A stretch of 64,000 nucleotides of DNA from Oopsacas minuta (lineage: Eukaryota > Animalia > Porifera): assembly GCA_024704765.1 (NCBI GenBank), contig JAKMXF010000330.1, forward strand, positions 186,001 through 250,000. The letters are read 5' to 3'. Below the pieces are notes generated by a model that saw nothing but the letters and a program-made list of their open reading frames with translations, made no database searches and was not told the origin of the DNA. Position 1 is the stretch's first letter. Each line of letters starts with the position of its first letter. Below are positions 22,401-34,329 of the stretch, one piece after another. The translations under genes were made by a program, and so were the position numbers.

Positions 22401-23503
22401 GCTCCAGTTGCATTCCTAAGAATTGCATGTTTTGTAATGTCAGTATTTTTAATGAGAGCTATTAGAGGTGGGATGGCACCGTGTACTGCTATTTGTCTCT
22501 TTGTAGTGTCGAGGGTAGCTAGAGTTGTTATACAACCACTAGCATTACAACGGATATCATCATGCGGACTCTCTAGCAGACTAATGAGTGCTGACAAGGC
22601 ACCAGACTGTACTATCATTATCTTATTCTGAGCTGGTCCTCTGGTGGCTAGATTTGTCAGGGCTAACGAAGCTGGCTTCTGTACCTGGAAAAGATATAGG
22701 ATTAATTAATAATAATCTATATTGTTAAAACTCAATTATGGTGAGGGGTGTGTGTATTGGTGTGTTTGTTTGGTTGTTTGTCCACTTTGCATTATAATGA
22801 TAGGAGAAGATGATCTGCGTATATAATATAAGGAATAATATATTCTTAAGTTGACGATGTAGGAAAGTAAACAATTACATTGGGTAAACAAGTACGCTGA
22901 ATCTGAATTTGCATTTCAAGTTTCTCATATATAAATTATTGTTGTTTTTATGAATATAAAGTAAACAAATAGTTGAAATATTAATTTATTAATTCCATTT
23001 GGCAATTTTATACTTTGCATAATTCGAGGCCCTAAGTGTCGAGTCCAATGGGAACTTAAAGTGTTCGCAAGCTGCGCAGCGCAAGCAAGGGAATCGGCTC
23101 GTTAACAATAAATACAATGAATTTAGAATGATAATGTTTAAATAAGAATCAATAGTTAATTAGTTATTATAGGAAAATCTATTACCTCATACTCTGGAGA
23201 TTGTAACAGTTTTATTATCGGAGGAAGCATCATCTCAGGAACAGGTTGAGTCATACGTTGACAAAGTTCTACAAAAGATACTGCTGCGGCTTCCTTACGA
23301 TCAATCTGATCAGAATATGCCAGGTTACACAAGTCTTGGATTCGCTCTTCAGTTATTCGTGGCTCAATCCCAGATGGCTCAGTACTCAGCCAATCTACGA
23401 GTCTCCTTGCTGAATCCAAACCAGTTTCCTCATTGTGTCCGAGAAGTGGTTGTCTGTCTGACTTCATACTCTTTTTCGGAAAACATCCACAAGCAGCACC
23501 CAT
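9160..23503 (-). CDS. VAC8: Vac8-like armadillo-repeat protein, 5 exons, ~550 aa, with N-terminal myristoylation/palmitoylation motif
   Basis: Exons 23503-23186, 22684-22368, 20043-19845, 13227-12950, 9700-9160; all introns GT-AG, phases 0/2/0/2 consistent, 1653 nt total. MGAACGC N-terminus; ARM repeats match Vac8 (RNATGALLNLSH, LLSSEDEDVQFYSCAALSNLAV, IRNLAS, LAALRNLSIHPKNE, VHIGLWAIQQLL). Confidence 0.85.
10568..11038 (-). CDS. Small CAP-Gly domain protein nested in VAC8 intron 4 (same strand)
   Basis: GIVRYKG..GVWVGVEL..GTSNGLYKGIQYFSC..GHGMYIR; 156-aa ORF lying within intron 12949-9701. Confidence 0.8.
   Translation of the reverse strand: MKFEDVTVGQEVNVKLNSSEDEVETGIVRYKGPLVSLKGVWVGVELTSKLGTSNGLYKGIQYFSCREGHGMYIRASALSLFTRKRKLFAVYHKIGPSSVQDNLFRPSKKEPVCTDPKNYCTISQSYLLKAKTSFASPNYQTSNPSSLFSYDGKKKY
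13344..13792 (+). mobile_element. Non-autonomous Helitron-like element with internal microsatellite, copy 2
   Basis: A|TCTATATTATTAAAG 5' end, (AGTGT)n(TG)n tract, GC-rich subterminal hairpin region, CTCGT|T 3' end; body homologous to 22716-23102 and 17267-17730. Confidence 0.7.
13363..13430. repeat. Compound microsatellite (AGTGT)n followed by (TG)n
   Basis: Read directly from the sequence; lies inside Helitron copy 2. Confidence 0.95.
14502..14638. mobile_element. Short hAT-like MITE remnant
   Basis: Imperfect inverted termini CAGAGGAGGCGCGAG / CTAACGCCGCCACTG; GC-rich island in AT-rich intron; no TSD found. Confidence 0.4.
15834..15980. mobile_element. Short hAT-like MITE remnant
   Basis: CATTGCCGTAGGAG / CTTCCTACGTCCCTG termini; internal duplicated CCGCACCAATAATT. 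Confidence 0.4.
17267..17730 (-). mobile_element. Non-autonomous Helitron-like element, copy 3
   Basis: On the minus strand: 5' TCTATATTATTAAATC, body ATGCTGAATCTGATTTTCACACTTTTG shared with copy 2, 3' CCGAGTTCATCGCGAAG..GGCTCGT|T shared with copy 1. Confidence 0.7.
20654..20993. mobile_element. Tc1/mariner (pogo/Tigger-like) MITE
   Basis: TA|CAGTAGAACCTCTATAA ... TTATAGAGGTTGCACTG|TA: TIRs plus TA target duplication. Confidence 0.8.
22716..23102 (+). mobile_element. Non-autonomous Helitron-like element, copy 4 (fills most of VAC8 intron 1)
   Basis: A|TCTATATTGTTAAAA 5' end, degenerate TG tract, body and 3' GTTCGCAAGC..GCGCAGCG..GGCTCGT|T homologous to copy 2. Confidence 0.7.
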
Positions 23504-23681
23504 TATAATAACTTTAAAGCTAATTTTGATTAAATCATAAAAAAAGCTCTTTCAGCATAATTTCACGCCATCTGTCAATCAAACAAGTATCACGTAATAT
23601 TTATAATCATCATGTATTAACGTATTAACTAGTCTGCTAGTCACCTTCGTCAATCAAATTAAGAAATTCGTCATGGTTAGG

Positions 23682-23761
23682 CTGTACTGAATTATCAACA
23701 ATAACTCTGTACTGAATTATCAACAATAACTCTGTACTGAATTATCAACAATAACTCTGTA
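23682..23761. repeat. 25-bp tandem repeat x3 upstream of VAC8
   Basis: CTGTACTGAATTATCAACAATAACT, three identical copies plus a partial. Confidence 0.95.
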
Positions 23762-25443
23762 AACATGTTACAGGCTTGTTCTAGTTATTTGGATAGCACA
23801 GAGAAGGAAATATCTGGTTTTGCCTTCACAATGGTGAAAATTCTAAATTGTTCCCATAATTTGTAAATTCAAAGAAACATTTCTGATTTCCCTCGTCCAT
23901 TGCCTCAAAAAAATGTTAGAAATAGTAACTACGTATTATTAATCCATTGAGTGGTGACATACAAATGGTACTACCTTATGGATTATATCTTCAATTCAGA
24001 ATTATCATAACACACAAGTAAGAAAGAAGCCTGCAAGCTGTAATTAACAATCTTGAACAAATTGATTTTGGCTCATAAGGTGTTCAGCCATTCTTAAGTG
24101 GTAAATATTGCAAACTTTTGTGCAAAATCATTGTTGCAGCAGAGTAGCAGGTTATCTTCAACAATTAAATTTGGTAGGTAAGATATTATTAATTTAAGTT
24201 AGAAACCGATGCGATAGAAGATTAAATAAATAAATCATGGCGGGACAAAACTATGTTGTCGAAACGGCTATGGCCGGATTAGTTAGATTCCCCCGCCCTG
24301 CGCTGTACCACTGACAAAAATTATTGCAAGGAATTTCATCAATCAATACCAGTAGTAATTCGAAAAAGAGGCAAATGTTCAAAATGTCCTACAAGCGATA
24401 AATATGTATAAATTAGCAGTATGCACATTATATTCCCCAGTTGATCGTTGAAAGATATTTTCCAAGTACTATAAGATTTGGCGAAATTTCCCTTCGGCCA
24501 AAAATTTGGACAAAACTCGACCATATCCATCGAGGAATTTTTCATTCGACAAACTTCGGTCACCCAATTTGCTATATAAACCTTTAAAGGATATTGCAAA
24601 TAAATATATATATTCCACAGAAAGAGACGGTAAGGTGATTACAAAGAATAAATGAAACCATACATAATTCGCAATTAACTACTAAATATTGCGACGTTGA
24701 ACCAGTTAAATGGAAGGAATACGAATATAGAAATAATGCTTGAAAGAAAATATTGTGCATTGGTTAAAGATAAGGTCAAAACAATTGAAGTGATGGGAGA
24801 TAAGGCACTACTATACTAATAGCTATATTAGCTGACTATGCAAGTAAAAGAGTCTAGAGATATTTTTGTGGTGTAAATTTGTAGGCCGCGTTTATGTATG
24901 GAGGAGTATAATTATTTTTATTAATTAGAAGTGAGCATCTGGAAATGTTAGATAATAAAGAGGTTTATAAACATGTGTATAATATGTATAGTCAGGGTTT
25001 TGTAATAAGCGAGGCAATTTAATCTAAAAAGAGTTAAATAAATTATATAATAATGGAATATTTGTGGAATTTCTGACACTATAGGGGTAAAGGTGAGACG
25101 TCTAGACCGCATGAATTTGTGGTAAAAGGCTGGAGAGAGGGAGTGTCGCACTTTTGCATATCTACTCCTCTGGATTATGAGGATTTTCTATCGTTTCTAG
25201 CTTTAAAAAACTTGAAAGGACAAATCGTCATTAACATCTCCAAGTTGTATGCAATGGGTCACAGTGCATGGAGGATAATCAATGATCTAGATATCCAGAT
25301 GCAGTGGTACCTAGTGAATACGAACTCGGGATAAGGCGGCCGTTGGTGTTCGTATTAAAGAGGTACACTGTAATTAGTGTGTATAAAGTAAATAATAAAT
25401 AGTACATACTACGTAGGATATATTCATATCGGTGGTTTGCTAC

Positions 25444-25723
25444 GTATTATTATAGAAAGCTATAAAGTAAAATATATTGTATTATTATAGAAAGCTATAA
25501 AGTAAAATATATTGTATTATTATAGAAAGTTATAGAGTAAAATATATTGTATTATTATAGAAAGCTATAGAGTAAAATATATTGTATTATTATAGAAAGC
25601 TATAGAGTAAAATATATTGTATTATTATAGAAAGTTATAGAGTAAAATATATTGTATTATTATAGAAAGCTATAGAGTAAAATATATTGTATTATTATAG
25701 AAAGCTATAGAGTAAAATATATT
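25444..25723. repeat. 35-bp minisatellite x8
   Basis: Unit GTATTATTATAGAAAG(C/T)TATA(A/G)AGTAAAATATATT; period 35. Confidence 0.95.
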
Positions 25724-27663
25724 GTGGAACCTTGATTAATACGATTAATATTAGGGAAAACAGATAAATTGGGTTGTAAAATTACACTTATGTTATTTAT
25801 CAAAGAACACACCAAACGGAAGTCTTGAGAGGCTACAAGTAGGTGTGGAAATATTAGAAACAAATCATAACAAATATAGACAATATCTTGTTTCCATTCA
25901 ATCAGGTGGTATCTGGAATAACCGCATTATTGTTACAAAGCATACACAAAGCATGAAGAAGTATGATAAGGAAACCAATTAGAATTCGCTTACTCTATTT
26001 GTACAGCTGTATACCACTGAGCAGTAGAAACAGACATTACCATGTTAGGAAGAGGCGAATATGATATAATCAAATGCTTCTGAGATTGACTCACTCATAT
26101 TACTAGAGTAATGGTGCAATTACTAGTACAATTTTGTTATAGTAGACATGCTTGTCAACCAATCAACCTGAAATCGTGCAATAACTGACTCTACAATTAA
26201 AAGTGTATAAGTTGATGAGAAAAGCAAAAGACTGCCATATTTGAATTACAAATTGCAAAAAATTTAGCAATTTAGAGCATCACATACGTATGCGTACATC
26301 AGATAATGCGTCAATATTAAACATCGCAATCCATATAGCATAATTGGCGTTTTGTAAGCATTACGTGTTATTATGCAGACGATATATACTAAATATACCG
26401 AGCTGGATAGCCCATTATTACTTAAAGCTACTTACATATAAAGGCGTAAGCATTGTGCAAGGAATAGAACTAGAAATAACCTTTCATATTATCAACAAAT
26501 GTGCTAATAATCATGACGTGATACTAATATAATATTTATTGTAGAGTATGCGAATAAGTGTGATGTCATGCAGTCAACTCCGTTATTCGGGTCAATTTAC
26601 TCTGGACAATATTTGTCCGATTAGAAGTAGTATTCGTGTGTTTGTCACTGGTGAATTAAAGCACTAATGCAATTAGTATGATAGATACAGCCTCTCTGAA
26701 TATATCAAAGGTTATACATTTATATGTTAATCAGTCTCAAATTGATAATTAGAAGAGATTATCACATCAGTTATCACAGATGCATAGCCTCGATTATTAA
26801 TTATACCATAGGCACACAGTAAATTACCCAAGACTGCAGACAAAAAGTTTTGTTGGGTCTGTTAATATCATATAGTGGTAGGAAAATTGATATCAAATAT
26901 AGTGCAATAATGTCTCAATTAAATATCTAGGTGCTAAGTTGGTTGATTTAGATAAGTCATATATTGGCCATAGATTGAACCATCTGACAATAATCAAATC
27001 TGGGCAAGGATGTAAATTTAAGATGTAGTCGAGGATTTAAACAAACCCTGTGGTTTTTGTCAGAACAGTAGGTTTCGGATACAATAAATTTGTGATTACA
27101 ATAAGAGAAATCGTAAACTGATTATCCAGCGCTTAGAGCCAGTCACCATTAGAATCAATTTAATAATGTACATACTCATCTATTAAATATCAATAAATCA
27201 TGGTTCGTACCATATCATCTTTCGATGTTAGATTCGTCTACTTCAGTTCAAAAACAAGAATTCAACTTATTAGTGATAAACTCGCCTAGTTGTAATTTAT
27301 ATCATGGAACTATTGAATTCATGAATGCAGTAATATGGCTGAGTTGTATTGGGCAATTCACATCAACGTTAACTGAAAACAGATAATAAAGTGTATTTTA
27401 GATATTTACAAGTATTTTTTCTTGCAGAAATAAATTCCTAAAATAAAAAGGAACTATTACATTATATTATGCAGGAGGATAAGAATTAGCAGTAAGCATT
27501 TAATTACTGTAGACATAGACTATGTAGGTTGGAATGTTACTTTAGTGATGTCGGTTGCACAACATAGTTAAAAGGTTAGAATGTATACTCAACGCGTGTT
27601 TAATTATATTGTTTTATATATAATTAAAGAAGTAGATAACAATAATACGAAAAGGTTATCTTC

Positions 27664-29994
27664 TTAGAAGGTAGGACTTGAAGGGGTGCTTGAAGGTAAT
27701 TTGTGTTCTTCTTTACCCGATAACATGCCATGTGATTCTGTCCTTAAAGCATACTCTTGCAACCAAGGGTGTTCGAGGGCTTGTGTAATACTTAATCGTT
27801 CTTCAGGGTCTGGTTCTAAAAGGCCCAATAGAAATTCCCATGCATTTCGTGAGGTTTTTCTTGTGGGAGGTTTTAATTGACTGTACTTGATAGCTTCAAA
27901 GTATTTTTGTGTCTCTGTAATTGGGTCAGGGAAGGGTGATCTGAAGGAAATATTTTATATAACATTGTGTAGTATATAAGTAACCAAAACATTATCCTAT
28001 AATCCTATCATGTTAACTATAGTATACGATTCATTGCTTGTCTATGCTTCGTAATACATTATTCATATACGTAGTATATACACGTTTTACTAATATCATA
28101 TTCTTAATACCTTTCAATATATTTCGTCAACAAATCAGGTATTATTCTAAAATTATGTTATCATAAACTCACCGTCCAGCAATCATTGTGTAGATCATGG
28201 TACCCACTCGCCAACTATCAGCTTTCTCGAGATCAAGTCCGTTATCGCGAATTGCTTCAAGTTTGTTCTTAGAATTTGAGATATTTGTAGAATCCATAGG
28301 ATTTGATTTGTTTTTCTGAGAGGTTAGGATATTTACAAGTTCTGGTGCAGAACAAGCATCAATATCTGCTAATTCTTCATCAGAATTATTTAGCATTAGA
28401 GAATGGTTTAATCTCATCAGTTGCAGATGATAACTATAAGAATAGAATTGATAAACAGGTGAGTCATGCTATTACAGATAAAATTAATACCAGCAGTAGA
28501 GATTCAATGACCTTTGCATGATTTAGTATTTTATATCAAAGATGGTAATAATACGAGTATGATGAGTAAGATAACGACAATTAAATAAATTAAGTGGTAG
28601 GGAGGTTGGATGTGAAACTGAAAATGCCAGCTGTTGAAAAACAACACAGTGTACTAAAATTTGTATAGACCGCAATAAAGTTGTATCAGCAAATAATAGG
28701 GTTTCAGTTTCATTGAGCGGTTGATGAGGATCAAATTGGTTGCGCTACCATTGTGAAAATTATACATGTCCATATCATTACTATATTTTGCTTATTTGAC
28801 ATAAATATATTACTACGTGGAGACAAAATTAATTAGGTATTGGAAACACTACACAAACTTTCTACACGTAAGGGTGATAAGTACTATTATACAAGTTAGT
28901 AGAAATTGTATGATGCTAATGCCATTATCACATCCGAGTTAGTACTATACATTAGTGCAGTGTCTTAATGATAATTAAAAAGTATATTAGAAGTTCTATG
29001 TAAGCTTTCAGTTGTGTGTGTGTTTGCTTACAATTGTAATGTTAGAAGATTCAAACCTAATAATTGGCACTATTGCAGTGGATATGAGATCAACAATGGT
29101 TAAATTAGTTGTTATTCATTGCAAATTGATTTCTATGATTGCATTTGCGCAACTAAAGTATTAGAGTTCATTATCTGATGTAAGATCTTGATTATCTCAT
29201 TGCACAATTGAAATCAGGAAGTATTATCATGTAAGCATTTGATTTGGTGAGAATCATTCCAAGAAAACCAATAAATTCTAGAGTGGCACGAAATCTTACT
29301 ACAACATAGTTACTAAATCTTACATAATTATAGCAAACTAGTAAATACACTTACCCAATACTAGTAGGAGTTTCCTTGTATTGTTTGAAATCATCAATAG
29401 ACATTTTATGAGGGCTGATACCACTCTCATGAACTTTGTTTACAAGTTCTAATATTTCTTTTGTGAATTTTTGAACTTTTTCCAGGTCAGCTGTCTGAGG
29501 GAGAGGATCGGAATATGGATGGAGATTTAGGACGAGTAGAACATTGTCTTGCTCTGACAGTATTTCGTGTATGTGAGGTAGTTCAGTGGAGTAACAAAGC
29601 TCTTTATACTTACTAAGTACTTTTTGGCAGTCTTTTTTCGGAACCATCTACACGGGGGCAACAATCAATCAAACATTCGTATACTATAAAATAAAACTAG
29701 TCAATAATAAATACTTACCATAGTAACGTAGTATTTCTGATCCATGACGTTGTAGGCAAGAAAAGTATCATCAATTTTCATAGAATCATTCCTGATTAGG
29801 TACTTGCCAGCACGAATCATATCTTCTCTTGGTTGATGAGCAGGTGCACTGTACTGTTGTGTTGGAGGTTTCTTGTAGGGATGAACCATCTTATGATGAT
29901 GGTGTCTCCCATTTGAATTGGGAAGTGAGTTAGGTCTGCTTCTTCTATGCATTAGTTGAGAGTTGGGGTGCGGGCAATAGGTATAAGTATCCAT
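27664..29994 (-). CDS. Tribbles-like pseudokinase, 4 exons, ~368 aa, highly divergent
   Basis: Exons 29994-29719, 29647-29355, 28433-28173, 27940-27664; GT-AG, phases 0/2/2 consistent, 1107 nt. AGKYLI (cf. IGKYLL), LNNSDEELADIDACSAPEL (cf. DDSLSDKHGCPAYVSPEI), ADSWRVGTMIYTMIAGRSPF, DPEERLSITQALEHPWL. Confidence 0.7.
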
Positions 29995-32900
29995 TATTGT
30001 GGTAAATAAACTGTATTATTCGGTATTCAAATTGCCTGACGGCTGAATTTTCAGATTGATAGTTGAGTTTATACTTTTCTTTAGCTTATTCATTAAAATA
30101 CCTATTTATATAGTTGTATAGAATTCAATGAATACAGCATAATAGCAATATGGCTTTGGCAATCTTATTGAATAATAAGACTAGGTAACTGTATTAGAAA
30201 TTCTGCAAGTAGCTTGTATAGTAGAAATTGATTTCTTCTGAAACATTTCAAACTGAAATTGACAGTTGTACTACATCAATGTTATATAATTAGAAAACGA
30301 AAGTGCAGTATTATCAAATAAATCCCCGAGCATGAAATACGTAGTTAACAAGTAATATATCAATTAAGAAAAGAAAGAATTCAGCTGTGCTTATAACCCG
30401 CTCAGCGTTTTGTATGAAATAGAAAAATAAAATAAAAATAAATAATTTACAGCTCTGGACAACTTTTGCATTTTGCAAATAAATTCTCTATGAATTCAAT
30501 TTTACTATGGATAATATGTATTAACTAAGTGTAGTAATAAATAACTACACTACTAAGGAATTGAAGTAAATAGGAAATTGATCTTGGAATGTACAACTAC
30601 ACTGTACACAGCCATTAATATGTATCATATGACAATAACTAGATGTTAATTTCTATCAGCTAGTAATTCAGGTCAAATCAGTTCTGGTTTGTTTTCGATA
30701 GTTTCCTATAATGTTCTCATGGTTCAGTTACAGGTAGATACTTGAACGTAATTGGATGAACTGCATTATTACGTCTGATAAAGTAAACCGTATAAGTGTA
30801 TTTGAAGCCCGGTCATGTAAACAAAATTCGTCAAATCAGTATAAATCATATCCATGAATGGACCTACATGGTACAAGGATAGAAGAGAGTCACTTCGAGA
30901 CAGGTCAGGTCAAATCAATTCATGAACAGGCCTGGTTCGACAGTTGGCTTGGCAATAAATTATGACAAAGGATCAGCTGCAAACCCATAGAGTATAGAAG
31001 GTTTAGATGGCAAGCAAATATGACAATTTTTCTAAAATTAGAAAATGCCATCATAGATTTCTTACGGAAATATCTTATAGGAACATTAACAACTAATATA
31101 ATTGAACAATTAAGAGAATTCCTATAGCTATGCTACGAAAATGGTATTGCTTTTAGCCACAATATTAGTAAAAGATTATTTGTTATTTCTGAACTGAACA
31201 ACAGGTGGGATTTTTCGTATCGTTCAAATAAAGTGTTATCAATGAAATAATTGCATCTACAGTGCTGTCAACTGAGGTTTTGTAAATTCCTAAAAGACTG
31301 AAAGCAAAATTCCTGATGATGCAATATTAATACGGAAATTTGATCCAGATTGGCCAGACAAGAATTTATTGAGCAATTCGCATGTTCAAATTGTAAATAT
31401 GCAGCGGTAAATTATTCATAACTTAAGAAAAGCCCTCAAACATGCCTAGGGTTGTAAGAGTAATTTAGTAACTAAATCGATTCACAATATAATTTTAATA
31501 ATATTTCACAAATAGGTGACCGTGTCCAGGGCAGGGCCATGGCATGGACAAAGTGTAACAGTTTCGGAGCACGAGGGACCGGAAAAGGACCATCTAAAGT
31601 GGAGTTAGATTGAAAATTGAAATTTGTTTCGGGCCCACGAAATGCGAATTGCCTAGCCAATTTTAAAAGAAAATATCCAAATACGTACTTATAATTCAGA
31701 AGCAAAATGCTCATTTTCAACACCGACAATCATAATAATGTTTGCTTACAATAATGATCAATCCTAACAGAGGTCATGCATCATATAGCAAGTACTGCTA
31801 TAATTATATGATAGCATATACCCAGTTTCCTAATTGACTTTACTTAAGATACATTATCTCTAATTAAATGCTATATACTCACACAATATGACTATATTTG
31901 GCAAAATATTGGTCAAACAGGTATTTCACATTAATCTTTATCTATAACAGACAATTCAGATAGGAAGTTATGTAAGTGATATCGACCAACAATTGTACCA
32001 TAATGGTTTGGAGTCACAGGGTATATTTGAATTGTTTTTCAATAACAGGCACAGGTTAAGTTAACTATTAAATAACCATTTTAGATGTCTCAGGTTGGGT
32101 TAGATTTCAGTTATATGCAAATACACATTATATCGTAATATATATTGAACATATTACCGTGTTTGATAAAATATATTATACTAATGTATTCTTAGATATG
32201 TCTAGGTGCGAACAGAGTATTCGTATCTAGATCTAACTAGAACATAATTTGTTACTGCCAGTATAACTGGATAAGACGTACTAAACCCAACTTAAGACAT
32301 ATACTTGGTTGATTCGTAATACCTCTTTCATACCAAAAATCTAGTTCCCATTCATCTTAATACAAATCATATAATACGTAAACTTGGATAGTATACACTA
32401 ATAATTGTTTCCAAGAGAGGGAGGTCTTATAAGAGTTAAACTGTAATTATCTATAATAGCTATCTCCGAAAATATGTCATTTATGATATAAAATGTGAAT
32501 TTTATATCATTTAATAACTTGTAAGCAGTCGAAAGCTAAACTCTAGGATAATTTGAAAATTCACCCAAATTGTGTGAAAACATGATTACTACCTAATTAA
32601 ATAAATTTCTATGCATCTCCGTCTTCCGACCAATCAGATTACATTCTCAAATCACTTAGTTGAGAGATTATATTTTTCTCATTGAGTAATTAAAGTTGAC
32701 CATTGCTATGGACTGACTAATCAGATAACGCAACTATTTGGTTGGGACCATAAAATATTGGAAATCATAACATAATTATAATCAATATATTATTAGATTA
32801 TTATTTTTACCAAAACCTCATTCACTCCTACAATATTGTGTATACTTTGAAATTACAAGAATTGGGCCATTAGGAATAATAATTTGTGTTTGGGATTTAC

Positions 32901-33275
32901 TCTATTGATTGTGCGGTCTTAGTTAGACTTCTTGGCTATTCGTACGTTTTTGTATTATGTTGGAGTTGAATCATAGTGTGCATGTGCCCACCTAAAATGG
33001 CCGTAGTCGCGCCTATGCATTATTGTATAAAAATATTAATGTCTATGAAGAACAATGGCACATATATTTAAGCAACTCCCGGTGAATAAATGCTTACAAT
33101 CATTATTATCTTCATTGTGAGGCCCAGGCACCATATCTCTAGACTATTTAGTGTATATTCATTGTGTATAGGTTAACCGATGTTAAATAAAATATTAGCG
33201 TTTGTAAATTAAATATATATTTCAATAATGATAAGACTACAAACATGAGATATCTACAAATATATTATGAGGATA

Positions 33276-33343
33276 CAGTAGAACCTGCATAATCCGACAC
33301 TCGTTGGGAAATGAAATTGGGTCGGTTGATGCAGGTTCTACTG
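33276..33343. mobile_element. 68-bp minimal Tc1/mariner-type MITE
   Basis: TA|CAGTAGAACCTGCATAATCCGAC ... GTCGGTTGATGCAGGTTCTACTG|TA. Confidence 0.8.
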
Positions 33344-34329
33344 TAACCCTGAATTATATGTAATTTTGGAATGAAATGTGTAGTTCTTAGTTCCTTTCAA
33401 TATACATGTGACCAGGAACGAAGACAGGAAAGTAATACTATGACTGTTCGTTTACAAGGTTCTGAGGCAAACAAGTTGAGAATCACTGCAGTATGTATAT
33501 TATTAGATTTTATTCCAACTTTTTGTGATTAATCATATTATCACATCTTTCAAAGTAAAATTCAAAATTATGCTAGAGTTTCGCTTCCAAAGGCTATCGT
33601 GTTGAAAACGCCAAGAGCTGTACTACTGGTCTGACGAGTGTCGAAAGACATTTTTAGTCAATACCTATAAGGAAATCCACATGATTTGCGACGTCCTTCT
33701 GAGTGGTTAATCAAAGGTGCAAACATGATTCTTCTGAAATATTAAAATATTACTGCTAACTTCAAACAATATAATTAAGGAAAATATCAGCAATATGGTA
33801 TACCTTATCAACCAGTAAAATAATTCTAGAGAATATATCTGTGTAATAATTAGGGTCAACATATGTGCTAATAATCTAACACGTAGGAAACAAAGGAAGA
33901 AAACTGAACGATAAAATAGATTCCTTACACCAATTAACGAAATTATGATAAAGGTGCAAGAGGGTAATCTTGCATTGGAAAATTGTTAGATTTGCCAGTT
34001 GTAAGTGAAATATGAAAATATGAAACTCGTTCTTCCAATTCAAATATATATAAATTGCATACATGCATCAAATATACAAGTAATTTACAAGGTTTAAAGG
34101 AAGGAACAATGAATTAAATATACACGATATATATTGCTGAGACTTTGTGGATCTGACAAGGCATGTGAGTAATACCAGGCTAATACAGTGTAGATGTCAT
34201 ATCAGCACTAGCTTGTAGGAATTATAGTCTAGAGGGAATAACAAATGAAAGAATATTTAATACAATTCTATGAAAATATACTTGAATGTATAAAGGGAGA
34301 CACAGCTGTAGACAAGAGATCTCTTTAAC

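Noticed and set aside
25444-25723. 35-bp repeats of CRISPR-like length
   Set aside because: Head-to-tail with no unique spacers; an ordinary minisatellite.
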